A DNA stretch of 64,000 nucleotides, from assembly GCA_004022145.1 (NCBI GenBank), contig RCNU01000001.1; one strand, written 5' to 3'. The notes below the pieces were generated by a model that was not told the origin of the DNA, searched no databases, and was given only the letters and a program-made list of their open reading frames with translations. A program made the translations under genes and the position numbers. This document shows positions 12,121 to 23,924 of this stretch, piece by piece. Origin of the DNA: Paecilomyces variotii (Eukaryota). The first letter of the stretch is position 1. Each line of letters opens with the position of its first letter.

Positions 12121-14413
12121 TGTTCAATATAATATGAATATGGCGTTTCGCCGGGGGTTTTCTTTTTGTATTTTCTCTGAGGAGTATCATTACTCACTCT
12201 ACCCCTTAGTCCCAGTCTTAGCTTTTCCTTTACCAGTAACGCATTACTATCAAACATGCTCTTCTGACTCTCATTACTTATTCTTCTCGTGTTGCGTAGA
12301 CAGATGCTGGCTAACTGGGTTAGGTTACTTATTACGAATTATGCTGACATGGAAGGGGACTATGAATCCCGACTTTTGAATCCAATGGAGGCACCACTTT
12401 CGTATCCATGTCTCTGAGCCAAGACGTAAGGCGCATACTATCGATATCGCTGGATAGGGACAGTATGACGTCCGTTCCCTTCAGGCTTAGCGCTGTGAGT
12501 GCGATACCTACTTACTGGGCGACGTGCTCACCGGGTCAAATTGAATAGCATAGTGCCCAATTATTCGCAATGCAACAAGAAACCATATTTTATCAGTTGA
12601 AAGTCATATTTGTTTCATGGTCTCAATTGGGCGTCGATCGAATACGCCACAATTGGGTCAACGGTGTATGGCCCGAGCCACGCGGGAAAACGGTCTGGGA
12701 TCTATGGTCTGTTTTATCATTCGTTTGTATTAGGTTCTTGGCAAAGAACCTGCTGGATTCTTGGGATCTAGATTTACTACTTGTTATTAGGAGATAAATC
12801 CAGTATAGGGTCTATCTCCCCTAGATCTAGAGTCGGACAAGTAACCTAGCTGATAGCTAGGAGGTTCGAATCATAACCTTGGTCATGGTCGTTTTATATA
12901 TCTGCCGTCGAGGAATGAAGCGACCCGACCATCGAAATAACTGGAAAACTTTTGAAAAATCTACAAGTTCATTGCAGACTGCAAGGCCATACAGGATATA
13001 AGACTCCATCAATCAGCTCGAATATTCCCAAGTACATACCATAGAATGTGTCCCCGCCATTCCAGAGGACACCAGAACAACGGGAGCGTTTTTATTCTTA
13101 GGTAGCTCTGTGGGGTCAGGGAGAAGCGCCCCATTTAAGTAGTCGGGAACCGCGGTTCGAGGCAACGATCGAACCATGGCTGCGATCAGCCGGAAGAACT
13201 TCAAGTATAAGGAACATCCAGGGAGTCTCAAAATGGCAATCAGGCGCATAACAGACGAGGGAGGCCCTTCAGTGATTGGAGTAGATGCCGGCTTCCTTGA
13301 CCGTAGAATCCCAAGGCACGATCAACGCAGTGCCAGCTCATCAACCAGCGGCTCGCCCAGATCTCGTTAAGCAGCCCAAAGAGGGGACACTCAGTGCTCC
13401 CCCGCCTTGCGAATGCGTTGTGCTTTATTATTAGAGTGATGCTGAGCGTGGAGCCTTGGATCGCAATTCTGGATGCCTGACGAACTGGGCCATGCGGTGA
13501 TTATTGTCCTTTTGCGCCTTGTTATAGACCGCACAGCCTGTCTCGAACAGACCAACGTCATTTTCCTTCAGCAATCTGTATCGCTGCCCGTCCAGCGTGT
13601 GCGACAGCCCACATGGTAGGCTTGGGGACGTTGGGTCAATGCTCGAGTGCGTGACTGTTTCGAACAGCTGGGCCGTCGCACCATCCACAGGACTCAGCCA
13701 TCAGCATCCGGACAAGTCAGACAAACGGGACTCGAGGATCTCCAGAATTGAAGTGTGAAGTGGTGAGGAAAGAAAGCGACCACTGCAGGGCGAACGCCTC
13801 GTCGGCTGGCGGGCCGGCGCGCCAAGGAACTTCTTCCAGTAGGTACAGACTGCCTTCTTCTCTCCCGTCAAAAGATCACATCGGCACTTTATGCGACTAC
13901 CAGGGCGCGGACGCTTGAGTTGAGACCAGCAAGCGCTGGAGCGCCAGCAATTGAGCCCGCATAGGCTGCTCAATGACGCCCTGGCAGTGGTTGCGGTGTT
14001 CAACTCGACACCAGGCACTGCGTCGCAGCTCAAGCTGCAGCTGGCGCGACTCGCCCAGCCATCTGAATTAATCGACCTCTCCCATTTGACCAGCCACAAC
14101 TGCTCACCTCTCTCTGGTCATTTAGTTTTGCTACGCCTCCCAGAGTGATATTCAGTCTGCGGTTGTGATCCATTTTCTCTAGATTGTCAATTACAGAGCA
14201 CATACCAGCCAAGTGCTGCCTTCCCAGCTCCGTGTTGCGCCAGCTGCCAGAAGAAGCTCTGGATAGCAGCGATATCGCGACCAGAGTAGTTTTCGCTACT
14301 TTACGTCGTCGTCCCAGTCTGTAGGGGCGCGATTCCATCCGTTATTCTTTATTAATTCGTTTGATCTCACGTTGTCTTCTCACGTCCCCGAGTCGCATAT
14401 ACCCGTTTCAACC

Positions 14414-16894
14414 GTGTCTCCTGCAAATCGCAGAGCACTTGACGAGACCTACGAAATTTACGACCCATCCACGCTCACGAACGTTTCGCCGCAACGCCAG
14501 CAGCAGTCTGCTCACGATCCTGCTCTTCCCCCTACTCAATCTCCCCTACCTCGTCCGTCAAGCGCTACTGGCAGTGGCCGCTCATTGCGAAGGGTCACTC
14601 CTCGACTTGAAGATCGACACGCCATCCATCGACGTGCTGTTTCGATAGATGAGACAGCGCTCCAGAACCTAGACCTCAGACCCGCCGAACAGGGCTCCGC
14701 AGTTCCCCCGCAAAACCCACCGGGTCTAGCTGGTGGAATCGCAGACCTACCTCCAGCCCTTTCGGAAGTACAAACCGAGGGTGAGGAGTCTACGACTCAG
14801 ACACCGCACCCGCGGCTACTGGAATCATACTGGCCTCCTAGGTCTGGTCGTGTATCTCCACGAACCGCCTCGGCGATTTTCTGGGTTCTTGAAGAAGCCA
14901 TACGGAGGCCTTTCCCCTTTACACCAGACTTGGACGAAGAGAACGCTTCCATGTCTGAAGTCATGAGCGGAGGTGGATCGCCTGCTCCGGGAATGAACCC
15001 TCGTGCTCAGAATGGCAGCTCTCGTTCAGCGCAGGGCCCTGTCCCTGTGCACACGCAACCTCCCAGCGGTGTCCGAACACCGACGGACATCATGAGGCAG
15101 CGTCGGGACCGGGAAGCCCGAAAGAAGGCAGAAAAAGAAGCCAAGGAGAGAGAACAACAGGAAGCCGAAATGAAACGGCAGCAGGAACAGGAACAGATGA
15201 CACAAGCGCAGACTCAATATACTGCTGCTGGCGTTGCCGGCGATACGGCTTCGCAGAAGGTCGGAATTGCTCCTCAGCAAGATCCACGAATCAGACATGA
15301 CCGGGGTGGTGGTAGCGTGTCCGTTGTCCCTCCTACAGGATTTCAACAAACATCGGCTCCTGGTGCAACACAGAGACAGGAGACCGGCAATGTTGGTACA
15401 GCCGAACGCCCACGGGCATCGACCATTGCTCAAGGGCAGCCGAAACCTGTCCCCCCTAATTCGCAACAACCTCCACATGCAACTTCTGCGGGTTACGCTC
15501 CGCAGCAGTCGTCGCAATTCCAACCGAGACCACCCGGCATGCCATCGCAGACCGGCCCGCAACCAGCTGCTAGCGGACCGCAGCAACCGCAGTCATCTCA
15601 AGGCTCCCAATCACAGCCACGTCGAGCAACTTTCCCTCATGCTTTCGAACGGTGGGAAACGTTGTCTTCTCACTGGGAGGGTCTCACGGGGTATTGGATC
15701 AGAAAGCTCGAGCAGAGTAACGAGGAGCTGAGCCGTGATCCTATCAGTCAGCAGTTAGCTCGCCAGGTCACTGATCTGTCTGCTGCTGGAGCGAATCTTT
15801 TCCATGCGGTTGTGGAACTTCAGCGATTGCGGGCCTCTTCCGAGCGCAAGTTCCAGCGATGGTTCTTCGACACACGGGCAGAGCAAGAACGCGCTCAAGA
15901 AAAGCAGGCTGAGTTGGAACGACAGCTCCGAGTGGAGCGCCAGCAGCGTGCTGAAGCGGTAGCCTCCAGTCAAAAATCTGAGAGTGAAAAGGCGAAGGCG
16001 GAGCAATTGGTGAAAGAGATGCGCCGCGAACTCCAGATCTCGAAGGAAGAGGCCCGGCGAGCATGGGAAGAATTGGGTCGAAGAGAACAGGAAGAGCGTG
16101 ACCGCACAACTTCTCTTCGCAACGGTGAGCCCACTCTTGTAGGAGGAGTGCAGGTGGTCCCGATGATCCAAGGGGTTCCCAGCCGACAAGGTGGAACAAA
16201 TCGACCTCCGACGCGCGAAGGCCCGTATCCAGGCGGTCCAGGACCGTCCAGCATGGGAGGCCAGGGACCCCAGGGACCCCAGGGATCTGGTTCTGAGGAG
16301 CAATATTACGAGGAACAGCCCTCTTCTCCAACAGAGGACCCATTCATCGAGGGTGGCCGACCCAGTACCACTCAGAGCCAAGTCCCGTCGTCAGGCGCTT
16401 ACTCACACGGCCAAGAGACAGGACGGTTCTATCAGCATGAAGGATCTGCCCTTCACGCTGGTCGCCCGACTTCCGAGCCAGACGATCAATCTTACCGTCC
16501 TAGCACTGTCGGTACTGAAAGCGACTTGGGCGAAGAAGAGTATGGAGCTGACCCTGGCTATCGTCGTGACCCTGAAGGTCGTCGCACGTACCCTCGTGCC
16601 ATGTCCGAGGGCAGTGAGGAGTATGAAGGAGAGCCTGAAGAAGAACAGGAATACAGTGGCGATTATACCAGCGGAGCTGGCTATGGAAGCTTGCCGGCCG
16701 CTACCACTGGAGCGCCTCTCCATTCTGGCTATGGTCAGGGCGTCGACTACAGCGGTTCCACCTGGGGAAGTGGTTGGGACTCCGTCACTCCCCGACACAG
16801 GCATCCCACACGCCTGAGCGATGTCATTGAAGAGGATGAGAGAAGCCGCACGAGCCCAAGCCGTGCAAGTCAAGCCAGCAGGGGTATGCAGTAG
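14414..16894 (+). CDS. Hypothetical coiled-coil, Q/P-rich protein (first ATG at 14951, possible GTG start at 14414)
   Basis: The frame is open from 14267 to 16894. The core FPHAFERWETLSSHWEGLTGYWIRKLEQ...ELQISKEEARRAWEELGRREQEER is followed by a low-complexity tail. The start is uncertain. Confidence 0.8.
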   Translation: MSPANRRALDETYEIYDPSTLTNVSPQRQQQSAHDPALPPTQSPLPRPSSATGSGRSLRRVTPRLEDRHAIHRRAVSIDETALQNLDLRPAEQGSAVPPQNPPGLAGGIADLPPALSEVQTEGEESTTQTPHPRLLESYWPPRSGRVSPRTASAIFWVLEEAIRRPFPFTPDLDEENASMSEVMSGGGSPAPGMNPRAQNGSSRSAQGPVPVHTQPPSGVRTPTDIMRQRRDREARKKAEKEAKEREQQEAEMKRQQEQEQMTQAQTQYTAAGVAGDTASQKVGIAPQQDPRIRHDRGGGSVSVVPPTGFQQTSAPGATQRQETGNVGTAERPRASTIAQGQPKPVPPNSQQPPHATSAGYAPQQSSQFQPRPPGMPSQTGPQPAASGPQQPQSSQGSQSQPRRATFPHAFERWETLSSHWEGLTGYWIRKLEQSNEELSRDPISQQLARQVTDLSAAGANLFHAVVELQRLRASSERKFQRWFFDTRAEQERAQEKQAELERQLRVERQQRAEAVASSQKSESEKAKAEQLVKEMRRELQISKEEARRAWEELGRREQEERDRTTSLRNGEPTLVGGVQVVPMIQGVPSRQGGTNRPPTREGPYPGGPGPSSMGGQGPQGPQGSGSEEQYYEEQPSSPTEDPFIEGGRPSTTQSQVPSSGAYSHGQETGRFYQHEGSALHAGRPTSEPDDQSYRPSTVGTESDLGEEEYGADPGYRRDPEGRRTYPRAMSEGSEEYEGEPEEEQEYSGDYTSGAGYGSLPAATTGAPLHSGYGQGVDYSGSTWGSGWDSVTPRHRHPTRLSDVIEEDERSRTSPSRASQASRGMQ

Positions 16895-17628
16895 AGGCCG
16901 CAGCCGGGGATGAACAGTACCAGATCCAACGGTGGTTTCAACATCCAAGTCATATGTCTTGCTGTTTCACGACACATATACCATTTCGCTTCGTGGTCGA
17001 TATTCCTAAGTTTGCGTCGATGGCATAGATATTCCTTGCTTTCTTGTTGACTAGAAGTGTGTCTTTGAGTTATTGTAACGAGTCTCCTTGTCTTCTTTGT
17101 TCCTTTTTCTTTTTCCCTTGATTATTTTCTTTCCTTCTGCTTTCTCTCTATTCCCCAGAGTACATCTCTCTTTTCTTTACAACCTGCACATTCTGAGTTT
17201 TCATGTTCCTTCTGGGGACGGAGCGCATGCATCATACATAAAGCGCTCTCGGAGTCGTCAATTTGCAGTTTCTGCATGATTGTCATACCGAAGTGAGGCG
17301 GTCTCTCGATTCCAACTGGCACGAGCTGGGATGTGAATTAATTTGTAATTCTAAGGATATATTTTTCGGTGGCAGTCTTCGAACTCAGCCTAATCAAAAT
17401 ACATACTGCATTCACGAGTCGCATTTTGGCATTTTGAATTCATTTCCAGAATAAACGGCTGAGTAATCCAACCGCTGTTCATGTGACTTTTAGCTGTATT
17501 CCGGAGGATCGTTGTTCCGCAGTATATCTAGATCTGGAGATTTCGGAGCGGCCGCAATTGAGCTTCAGTAAGCACAGGACGAACCCATTCTACTTTACGC
17601 CGTAGAGACTGCGCGGCCACACAAAGCA

Positions 17629-18813
17629 ATGGCGTCCTCATTCCAGTCTATCTCACAGCTCGTCGGGAGAACGTCTCGTCTCTCCCTCTCCTCCCTCGAG
17701 CACGCTTCCCCGCGTACGGTCCCATCACACTCCGCTCTGTACCTCCGAACAAGGCCGCAGACACAATGTCGAAACAACGCTTCCTCCACGAAAACCTCCC
17801 TATCCCGAGTATCGAACAATGCTGTTCCAGCTCGTTCATTTTCGACAACCCCGCTCCGCTTGAAAGCTAAGACGATGGCTCAGCTGAAGTCGCGCGCCAC
17901 CACCGGTCCATTTTCCTGGAAGGCAGCGCTGCTGTTTGTCATCACGGGTGTAGGTATGATCGGATACTTCAAGTTCGAGAAGGCGCGATTGGAGCGTAAG
18001 CGCATCGTTGAGATGAGCAAGGGAGTGGGAAAGCCGAGAGTGGGAGGGCCGTTCGTTTTGAAGGATCTGAATGGGGACGTGTTTACGGAACAAAATCTGA
18101 AGGGGAAATATAGCTTTGTGAGTATCCTTGCGTTTTGCATATGTATTGTCTATATACAATCTTTTACTATACGGCGGATATCGAATGATCTACTATCATC
18201 TGCAAATGTTATCTCTTTAGTTACCAGAACGAAGCGGCTGACCAATGCGGAACTCATGACAGGTCTACTTCGGCTTCACCCACTGCCCCGATATTTGCCC
18301 CGATGAACTCGACAAGATGGCAGCTATCATCGACAAGGTCCGCGAGTCTGCTAATGGAGAGGATGTTATGCGTCCGGTCTTCATCACCTGTGACCCAGCC
18401 CGAGACACTCCTGAGGTCCTGCGCAAGTACCTGAAGGAGTTCCATCCCGACATTATCGGTTTGACCGGAACATACGAGCAGGTCAAGAATGTCTGCAAGC
18501 AATACCGTGTGTACTTTTCTACACCGGAGAACGTTAAGCCCGGCGAGGACTACTTGGTCGACCACAGTATCTATTTCTATTTGATGGGTGAGTTGTGCTT
18601 CCGCACTTTTCTTTCGCGCTCTTGCGGCCCGGGATTTGGTCTTTGCTAACGGTCCTCTCAGATCCCGAGGGAGACTTCGTCGAATGTATCGGTCGCCAGG
18701 ACACTCCGGCCTCTGCTACCAAGGTCATCATGGACCATATCAACGACTGGAAGAGGGAGGGAAAGCCGCTTGATACCAAGCCAGACGCCCAAAACTCTCA
18801 ACAAAACTTGTAA
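17629..18813 (+). CDS. SCO1: Mitochondrial copper chaperone Sco1 (SCO1/SenC)
   Basis: Exons are 17629-18117, 18263-18587 and 18662-18813. It has an R/S-rich presequence, one TM helix, VYFGFTHCPDICPDEL (CxxxC) and YLVDHSIYFYLMDP. Confidence 0.96.
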
Positions 18814-18904
18814 GAATTAACACGGCCTTGCTGATCGGAGTTATGGAGAAGTGGGGACCACTGTGATGTACATGTACACTAGACATACCCTACTCTGATG
18901 TTTT

Positions 18905-18930
18905 ATCAATCAATCAATCAATCAATCAAT
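18905..18930. repeat. (ATCA)n microsatellite
   Basis: About six tandem ATCA units lie between the convergent SCO1 and cnxH 3' ends. Confidence 0.85.
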
Positions 18931-19117
18931 CCATCAAATATTAAACCAATTTCAAGACCGCTCCTCCCGTCTCGAATTATAGAAGGAGCTATAGTTATAA
19001 CCGCCGGAAAGATTCATGACTAATTCATTATTGGTAGTTAACTGTTCGTCAAAAATAGCTACCCACAACAATATATACTCTTTTTTTTCTTTCTCTATCT
19101 GATCTATATATTGATCA

Positions 19118-19870
19118 CTATACCCCATCCGAAAAAGTCGACACATCCCTCACGACCAATTTCCCATCCGCATCCCGATCCCTATTCGCCCTCCACTCCG
19201 CATCCCCCTCAACAAACTCCTCTTGTTTCCAAATCTCCACTTTCTCCTTACACAGCTCCAACACCTCCTCCCCAGCCCTCCACGCTGCGCGTCTATGCCC
19301 AGAACTAACCGCAATCGCAATCGACGCCTCCTGAATCGGAACCACCCCCAATCTATGCGCGATGCTTATCCCCGTCAATTTATACTTGGACACAGCGTCC
19401 TCAGCGATCGTAGCCAGGGTGCGCAGTGCGAGGGGAGCGTAGGATGTATAGCTGAGTTGCGCGACGGCGCGGTCTTCGAATGTGTCGCGGGTTGTGCCGA
19501 GGAAGAGAACATTTGCGCCTGCGGAGGGGGAGTTGACTTCGGAGAGAATGGCGGAAGGGTCGAGAGGGGAGTAAGTGAGGAGGAGATGGATGTTGTCGTT
19601 GGGGAGGTGGATGCTGCGTGGGTAGGTGGAGGGGTCGAGGTGTGGTGGGATGGGTTCGGTTGTTATTGTAGATGTTATGGAGGAGGAGATGGAGGAGTCG
19701 ATGGGTTGATAAGGGGTGGTGGTGGTTGTTGTTGTTGCTTCGGTTGCTGTTGAGTCCATTCTTGGGATCATCTCTGGGGATTCTAGGTCGGGATTATTGC
19801 GTCGTTGTGATTTCGTGGTGGGAGACGACGCGGCTTCTTTGAGGTTGGGAAGTATCTTCGTATCGGACAT
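19118..19870 (-). CDS. cnxH: Molybdopterin synthase catalytic subunit (MoaE/MOCS2B)
   Basis: Motifs [36 protein letters not shown] and [12 protein letters not shown], plus the [10 protein letters not shown]-terminal motif as in Aspergillus CnxH. The T/S-rich N-terminus makes the start Met uncertain. Confidence 0.93.
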   Translation of the reverse strand: MSDTKILPNLKEAASSPTTKSQRRNNPDLESPEMIPRMDSTATEATTTTTTTPYQPIDSSISSSITSTITTEPIPPHLDPSTYPRSIHLPNDNIHLLLTYSPLDPSAILSEVNSPSAGANVLFLGTTRDTFEDRAVAQLSYTSYAPLALRTLATIAEDAVSKYKLTGISIAHRLGVVPIQEASIAIAVSSGHRRAAWRAGEEVLELCKEKVEIWKQEEFVEGDAEWRANRDRDADGKLVVRDVSTFSDGV

Positions 19871-20159
19871 CCTTCCTTGCTTTAGTTTAGGTACTTATCG
19901 GCGGGAGTTGAGTTCAGATGCTAGGTAGGTAGATAGAGAACGAATGGACCGAACGGGAATGAATGTATAGTTATTAGGAAAATAGAATCCAAAAGAAGGA
20001 TCTTATTTGATTTGCTGAAAATGAACGGGGAAAGGCGGATCGAGGAGAAGAATGAACGTGAGTTGTAGAGTAGATGAATGCCAACGATTGTGCCGTTTCG
20101 TTTTGCGGGGAAATCTTGATTTCGGCGGGCGGAGCCGAGATCAACTGCGATACATAATA

Positions 20160-20538
20160 CAGTAAATCCTAGCTATAACGAATTGAATCAGACCGGCACT
20201 TTTATTCGTTATAGCGTGGTATTCGTTATATCAAATATTAGGGAAAGGTAATTTACGTCATGTGATCATGGTAAAGGGGAGAAATTTTTCAATATTATGT
20301 AATAGATACATGAAAATAAAGGGTTTTTATTGGCTATTTAAGGATTTTTACACGTGACATGTTACTTGTTATAACGAATCCCCCATACAAAAATGACGGC
20401 CAGCTAGGGATTTGTACCGAATTTCGTTATAGGGCAGATTTAACGAATTTTGTATGGGGGTTTGAATTAGACACGCTGTTCGGTTCGTTACAGCGAAAAA
20501 TTCGTTATAGCTAGGTTCGTTATAGCGAGGGTTTACTG
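20160..20538. mobile_element. Non-autonomous DNA transposon (MITE), Tc1/mariner-pogo type, 379 bp
   Basis: 23-bp TIRs are CAGTAAATCCTAGCTATAACGAA (20160-20182) and revcomp CAGTAAACCCTCGCTATAACGAA (20516-20538), 21/23 identical. TA flanks both ends (20158-59, 20539-40). There are many internal TTCGTTATA/TATAACGAA copies and no ORF. Confidence 0.92.
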
Positions 20539-20911
20539 TAATGGGGTGCCTTTAATTATATCATTTTAGTACAGCCGACTCCGCTTCATGACGACTCGAG
20601 ACCCATCTATCCTGATTTGATGTGGTCCAGCTAGGTAGATGCCCCAAATCAATAAGGATGGCTTAGTTTTAGACTTTCAATGTTGTCCATTCGGGTCTGA
20701 TGAGTGGTGTTTCCGTGAGAAAAACACCTGTTCTACTACTAACGGCTGAAAAAGCATACTTTGAAAGTACCTAGGATCGCCAAAGATCTTCGAGAAGAAT
20801 TTCCCATCTATTCAGGTACCATAGTCTATTCAAAGCTCATTGAAAACACCCCGTGTCTATACGTGGGCCCATACTAAATCTTGCCAGAGTGACGTGCGAA
20901 GACACTACTTA

Positions 20912-22813
20912 CTATGGCTGTACCAGCAATACGTACGCTTCGTAGGGTCGTAGGATCCACTGCTTTCCAGCAACCTTGGTAAAAGCAGTCTCTGTGTTCT
21001 CATAGTTATTGAGAAGAACATCCGTTACGCGATCAATTCCGTTGGCCACTGGATCCCACTGTAAGCTGCTGTCTGTGAAGTTACAGACCACCAATGCCTT
21101 TTGATCGGCATATTGACGTGTGTAGGCAAAGACCTCTTCGCTGTCGCGGTCAATCGAGCAGAAATTCCCGTAGACGAAGATGTCTAGATACTTCTTGCGC
21201 AACTTGAGCACGGACGCCCAGTAGTTGAATACCGATGTTGGATCAGCAACTTCAGCTTCTGCATTGACTGTGATGTAATTCGGGTTAACGGACATCCACG
21301 GCTTTACATTAGGACCCGTAAATCCAGCGTTTGGAGCAGACGACCACTGAACTGGTGTGCGCGCATTGTCTCGGGACTTCTTTTGGTACTCTTCACGGTA
21401 CATCTGAAGTAAGGCTGGATTGTTTGCATCCTTGACCAGATGGCTGCAAAAAAGTGTCAATCTCAACGATGTGGACATGGGTTAGTCTGGTTCACATACT
21501 CGTTCCAGTGATTGAGACAGTCAATGTCCTTGTACTCTTCCATTCCCCACTCCTTGGGCACATTGCGCATCCCAAGTTCCTGACCTTGATAGATGAAGGG
21601 AGTTCCACTCATCAAGGCCAGAGTACTGGCAAGCATCTTCCCCGCGACAGCTCCATGCTCAGGCCCGGCATTGGTGTATCTGTCAATTGATCGCGGCTGG
21701 TCATGGTTTTCCCAGTACAGGGCATTCCATCCATCGTTGTCATACATGAACCTCTGCCATGACTCGAGCATTCCCTTTAGGTCGGTGAGTTTCCATTTCC
21801 CGGGGACGAATTTGTCAAACTCTCCGTGATCAATGTCGACATGCTCGAAATGGAAGATCATGTTGATTTCGTTTCGATCGTAACGTACAGCCCGCAAAAC
21901 CTCATTAAGGTCCCTCACAAAGGGCATCTCACCAACGCTGAAGGCGTCATACTCTTTGAGGATCTTGCCCAGATCTTGCAGATACTCGTGAAGACGAGGA
22001 CCATTGGCGTAATACAAGTCTGCCCATTGCCACCTCTGGCTAGGGTCCTTCGTCGGGGCATCGAGAAAGCGCTGGTCTTTACTGATGAAATTGATGACGT
22101 CCATTCGGAAACCATCCGCGCCTTTATCGAGCCAGAAGCGCATGATGTCGTGGACGGCCTTCCGGACTGGCTCGTGCTCCCAGTTGAGGTCGGGTTGCTC
22201 TTTGGCATACAGGTGCAGATAATACTCCCCCGTGTGCTCGTCGTACTCCCAGGCACTGCCTGTTCATTTTATCGTTCGTATCTACTCTCGATCCAGGGGC
22301 CAATGTTTAAAATGTACAGTACATACCTTGGAAATGCGAGATCCAGTTATTAGGGGGATGGCGGTTGCCCTGTTCATCATACTTCGGCGGCTTCCAGATA
22401 TACCAGTTTCGATACGGGTTAACCTTCGAGCTCCGTGACTGCTTGAACCACTCATGTTGGTCACTAGTATGATTCACGACAAGATCCATGAGCTGCTTCA
22501 TCCCCCTCTCATGGCAGCCTTCGATTAGGCGTTCAACATCCTCAACAGTGCCGTATTCGGGGGCGATACTGTAGTAATCCGCTATGTCGTAGCCCATATC
22601 CACCTGAGGTGACTTGTACGCTGGACAAAGCCACACAATGTCAACTCCCAGCTTTTTTATGTAGTCCAATTCAGAAATGATTCCGGGGATGTCGCCAATG
22701 CCATCGTTATTGGAGTCCTTGAACGAAGCCGGGTACACCTGATAGACGGTACATTCCTTCCACCACGCACGGTGCACGTTTGGCTTCACATTCGCAACTG
22801 GTTTGGTCGCCAT
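20912..22813 (-). CDS. Intracellular alpha-glucosidase / oligo-1,6-glucosidase, GH13
   Basis: Exons are 22813-22327, 22259-21500 and 21443-20912. Motifs are [55 protein letters not shown] and YQGQELG. Confidence 0.96.
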
Positions 22814-22876
22814 TATTGGGATCTCTGCTGAAGACGAAGACCATGTACAGTGATCCCGAGGTGGACAGGAGATGAC

Positions 22877-22889
22877 GCGGGGGGCGGAG
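22877..22889. promoter_or_regulatory. Tandem putative CreA (SYGGRG) sites upstream of the alpha-glucosidase
   Basis: GCGGGG (22877-82) and GCGGAG (22884-89) lie about 65-75 bp upstream of the ATG, with further matches near 22962 and 23093. The motif is short and has low specificity. Confidence 0.35.
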
Positions 22890-23924
22890 GGAGACTCTAA
22901 TTATACGCAGGCTCGGATAATAACCTATTCCAGAATCCCCATTTAACGCGACGTTTGTTATCCCCCGCCTGCACAGACGGCTCATCACAGCATTGCGGAA
23001 CCTCGTTCAGGGCTGGTTATCCAATGCGTTCGGTTCCGTCAAGCAGTCCGTCATCTTTACTCCACTGTTCCTGCACGACTTGCGGGCATAACCTCCGCCC
23101 GCGCCAGGTGGCACGGCAAACCTTCTGCGCATCTGATCATAGTTGCTGCTCCAAATTCAAATGGACGAAGCGAGAGATTATTGTTGGCGAAGGCAAATGC
23201 GCTTCTTCAGTGCGATAGCTTATGTGGAGTCTATATCTGCAGCTCGCTAGACAGAGTTGATACCTTGTGGTCGAGGTCTCGGGCGTGCCCCGCGCTGGTA
23301 TGCTAGGAGAAAACATCAAAGTGAATTGTACAGACACTAAGACAGTAATTATACCTTAGTTGCAGTAAATCTGCAGTCATATCGACGGCTGTTCGCTCAA
23401 TCTTAGTATTTCCTTCAATCACTAGGGTGTAGGAGACTATCAGTCGAGATAGAAATGTTATCTTGCGTAGCCGGCAGCCCTCAAAGGGGAGCGAACACAA
23501 CTTGACCATTTGATAGCAGATAATGTTGCAATGCTGTTCAGGAAACTGAGATATCAAATGGGCTCCCATACCTGGTCGAAAGCCAGGGAGAATCTTTAAG
23601 CATGTGGCAGAACTCAAGGCACCTGCAGAGCTATTCTGTCAAATGTGAGCTTCTATTGTCCTCGTTATGAATATATATGTCGTATTTCCATCTGTGAGGG
23701 TCCACTGAGACGAGAAAATAGAAATCATCGAGCAGAGAATAGGATAAACAGTAAACTAATCCAATTCATTCTCGATAATCCCCACGGGCGGCGTCGAAGG
23801 CGGCGAGGCGGATCTGCCAGTCTTTCCGCCGTCGCAGCTAAACTGACGCTCCACCAGCTTGCTTCAAATTATTATTCCATTCTCCTAGACCTTCTGTTTT
23901 ATCAGACATCGTCAATATCATCAT

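Noticed and set aside
18118..18262. Long SCO1 intron as a possible stwintron
   Set aside because: No internal intron whose removal would rebuild a valid donor could be found.
700..19870. YAE1, SCO1 and cnxH as a metal-cofactor gene cluster
   Set aside because: The pathways and compartments differ and unrelated genes are interspersed, so this looks like ordinary synteny.
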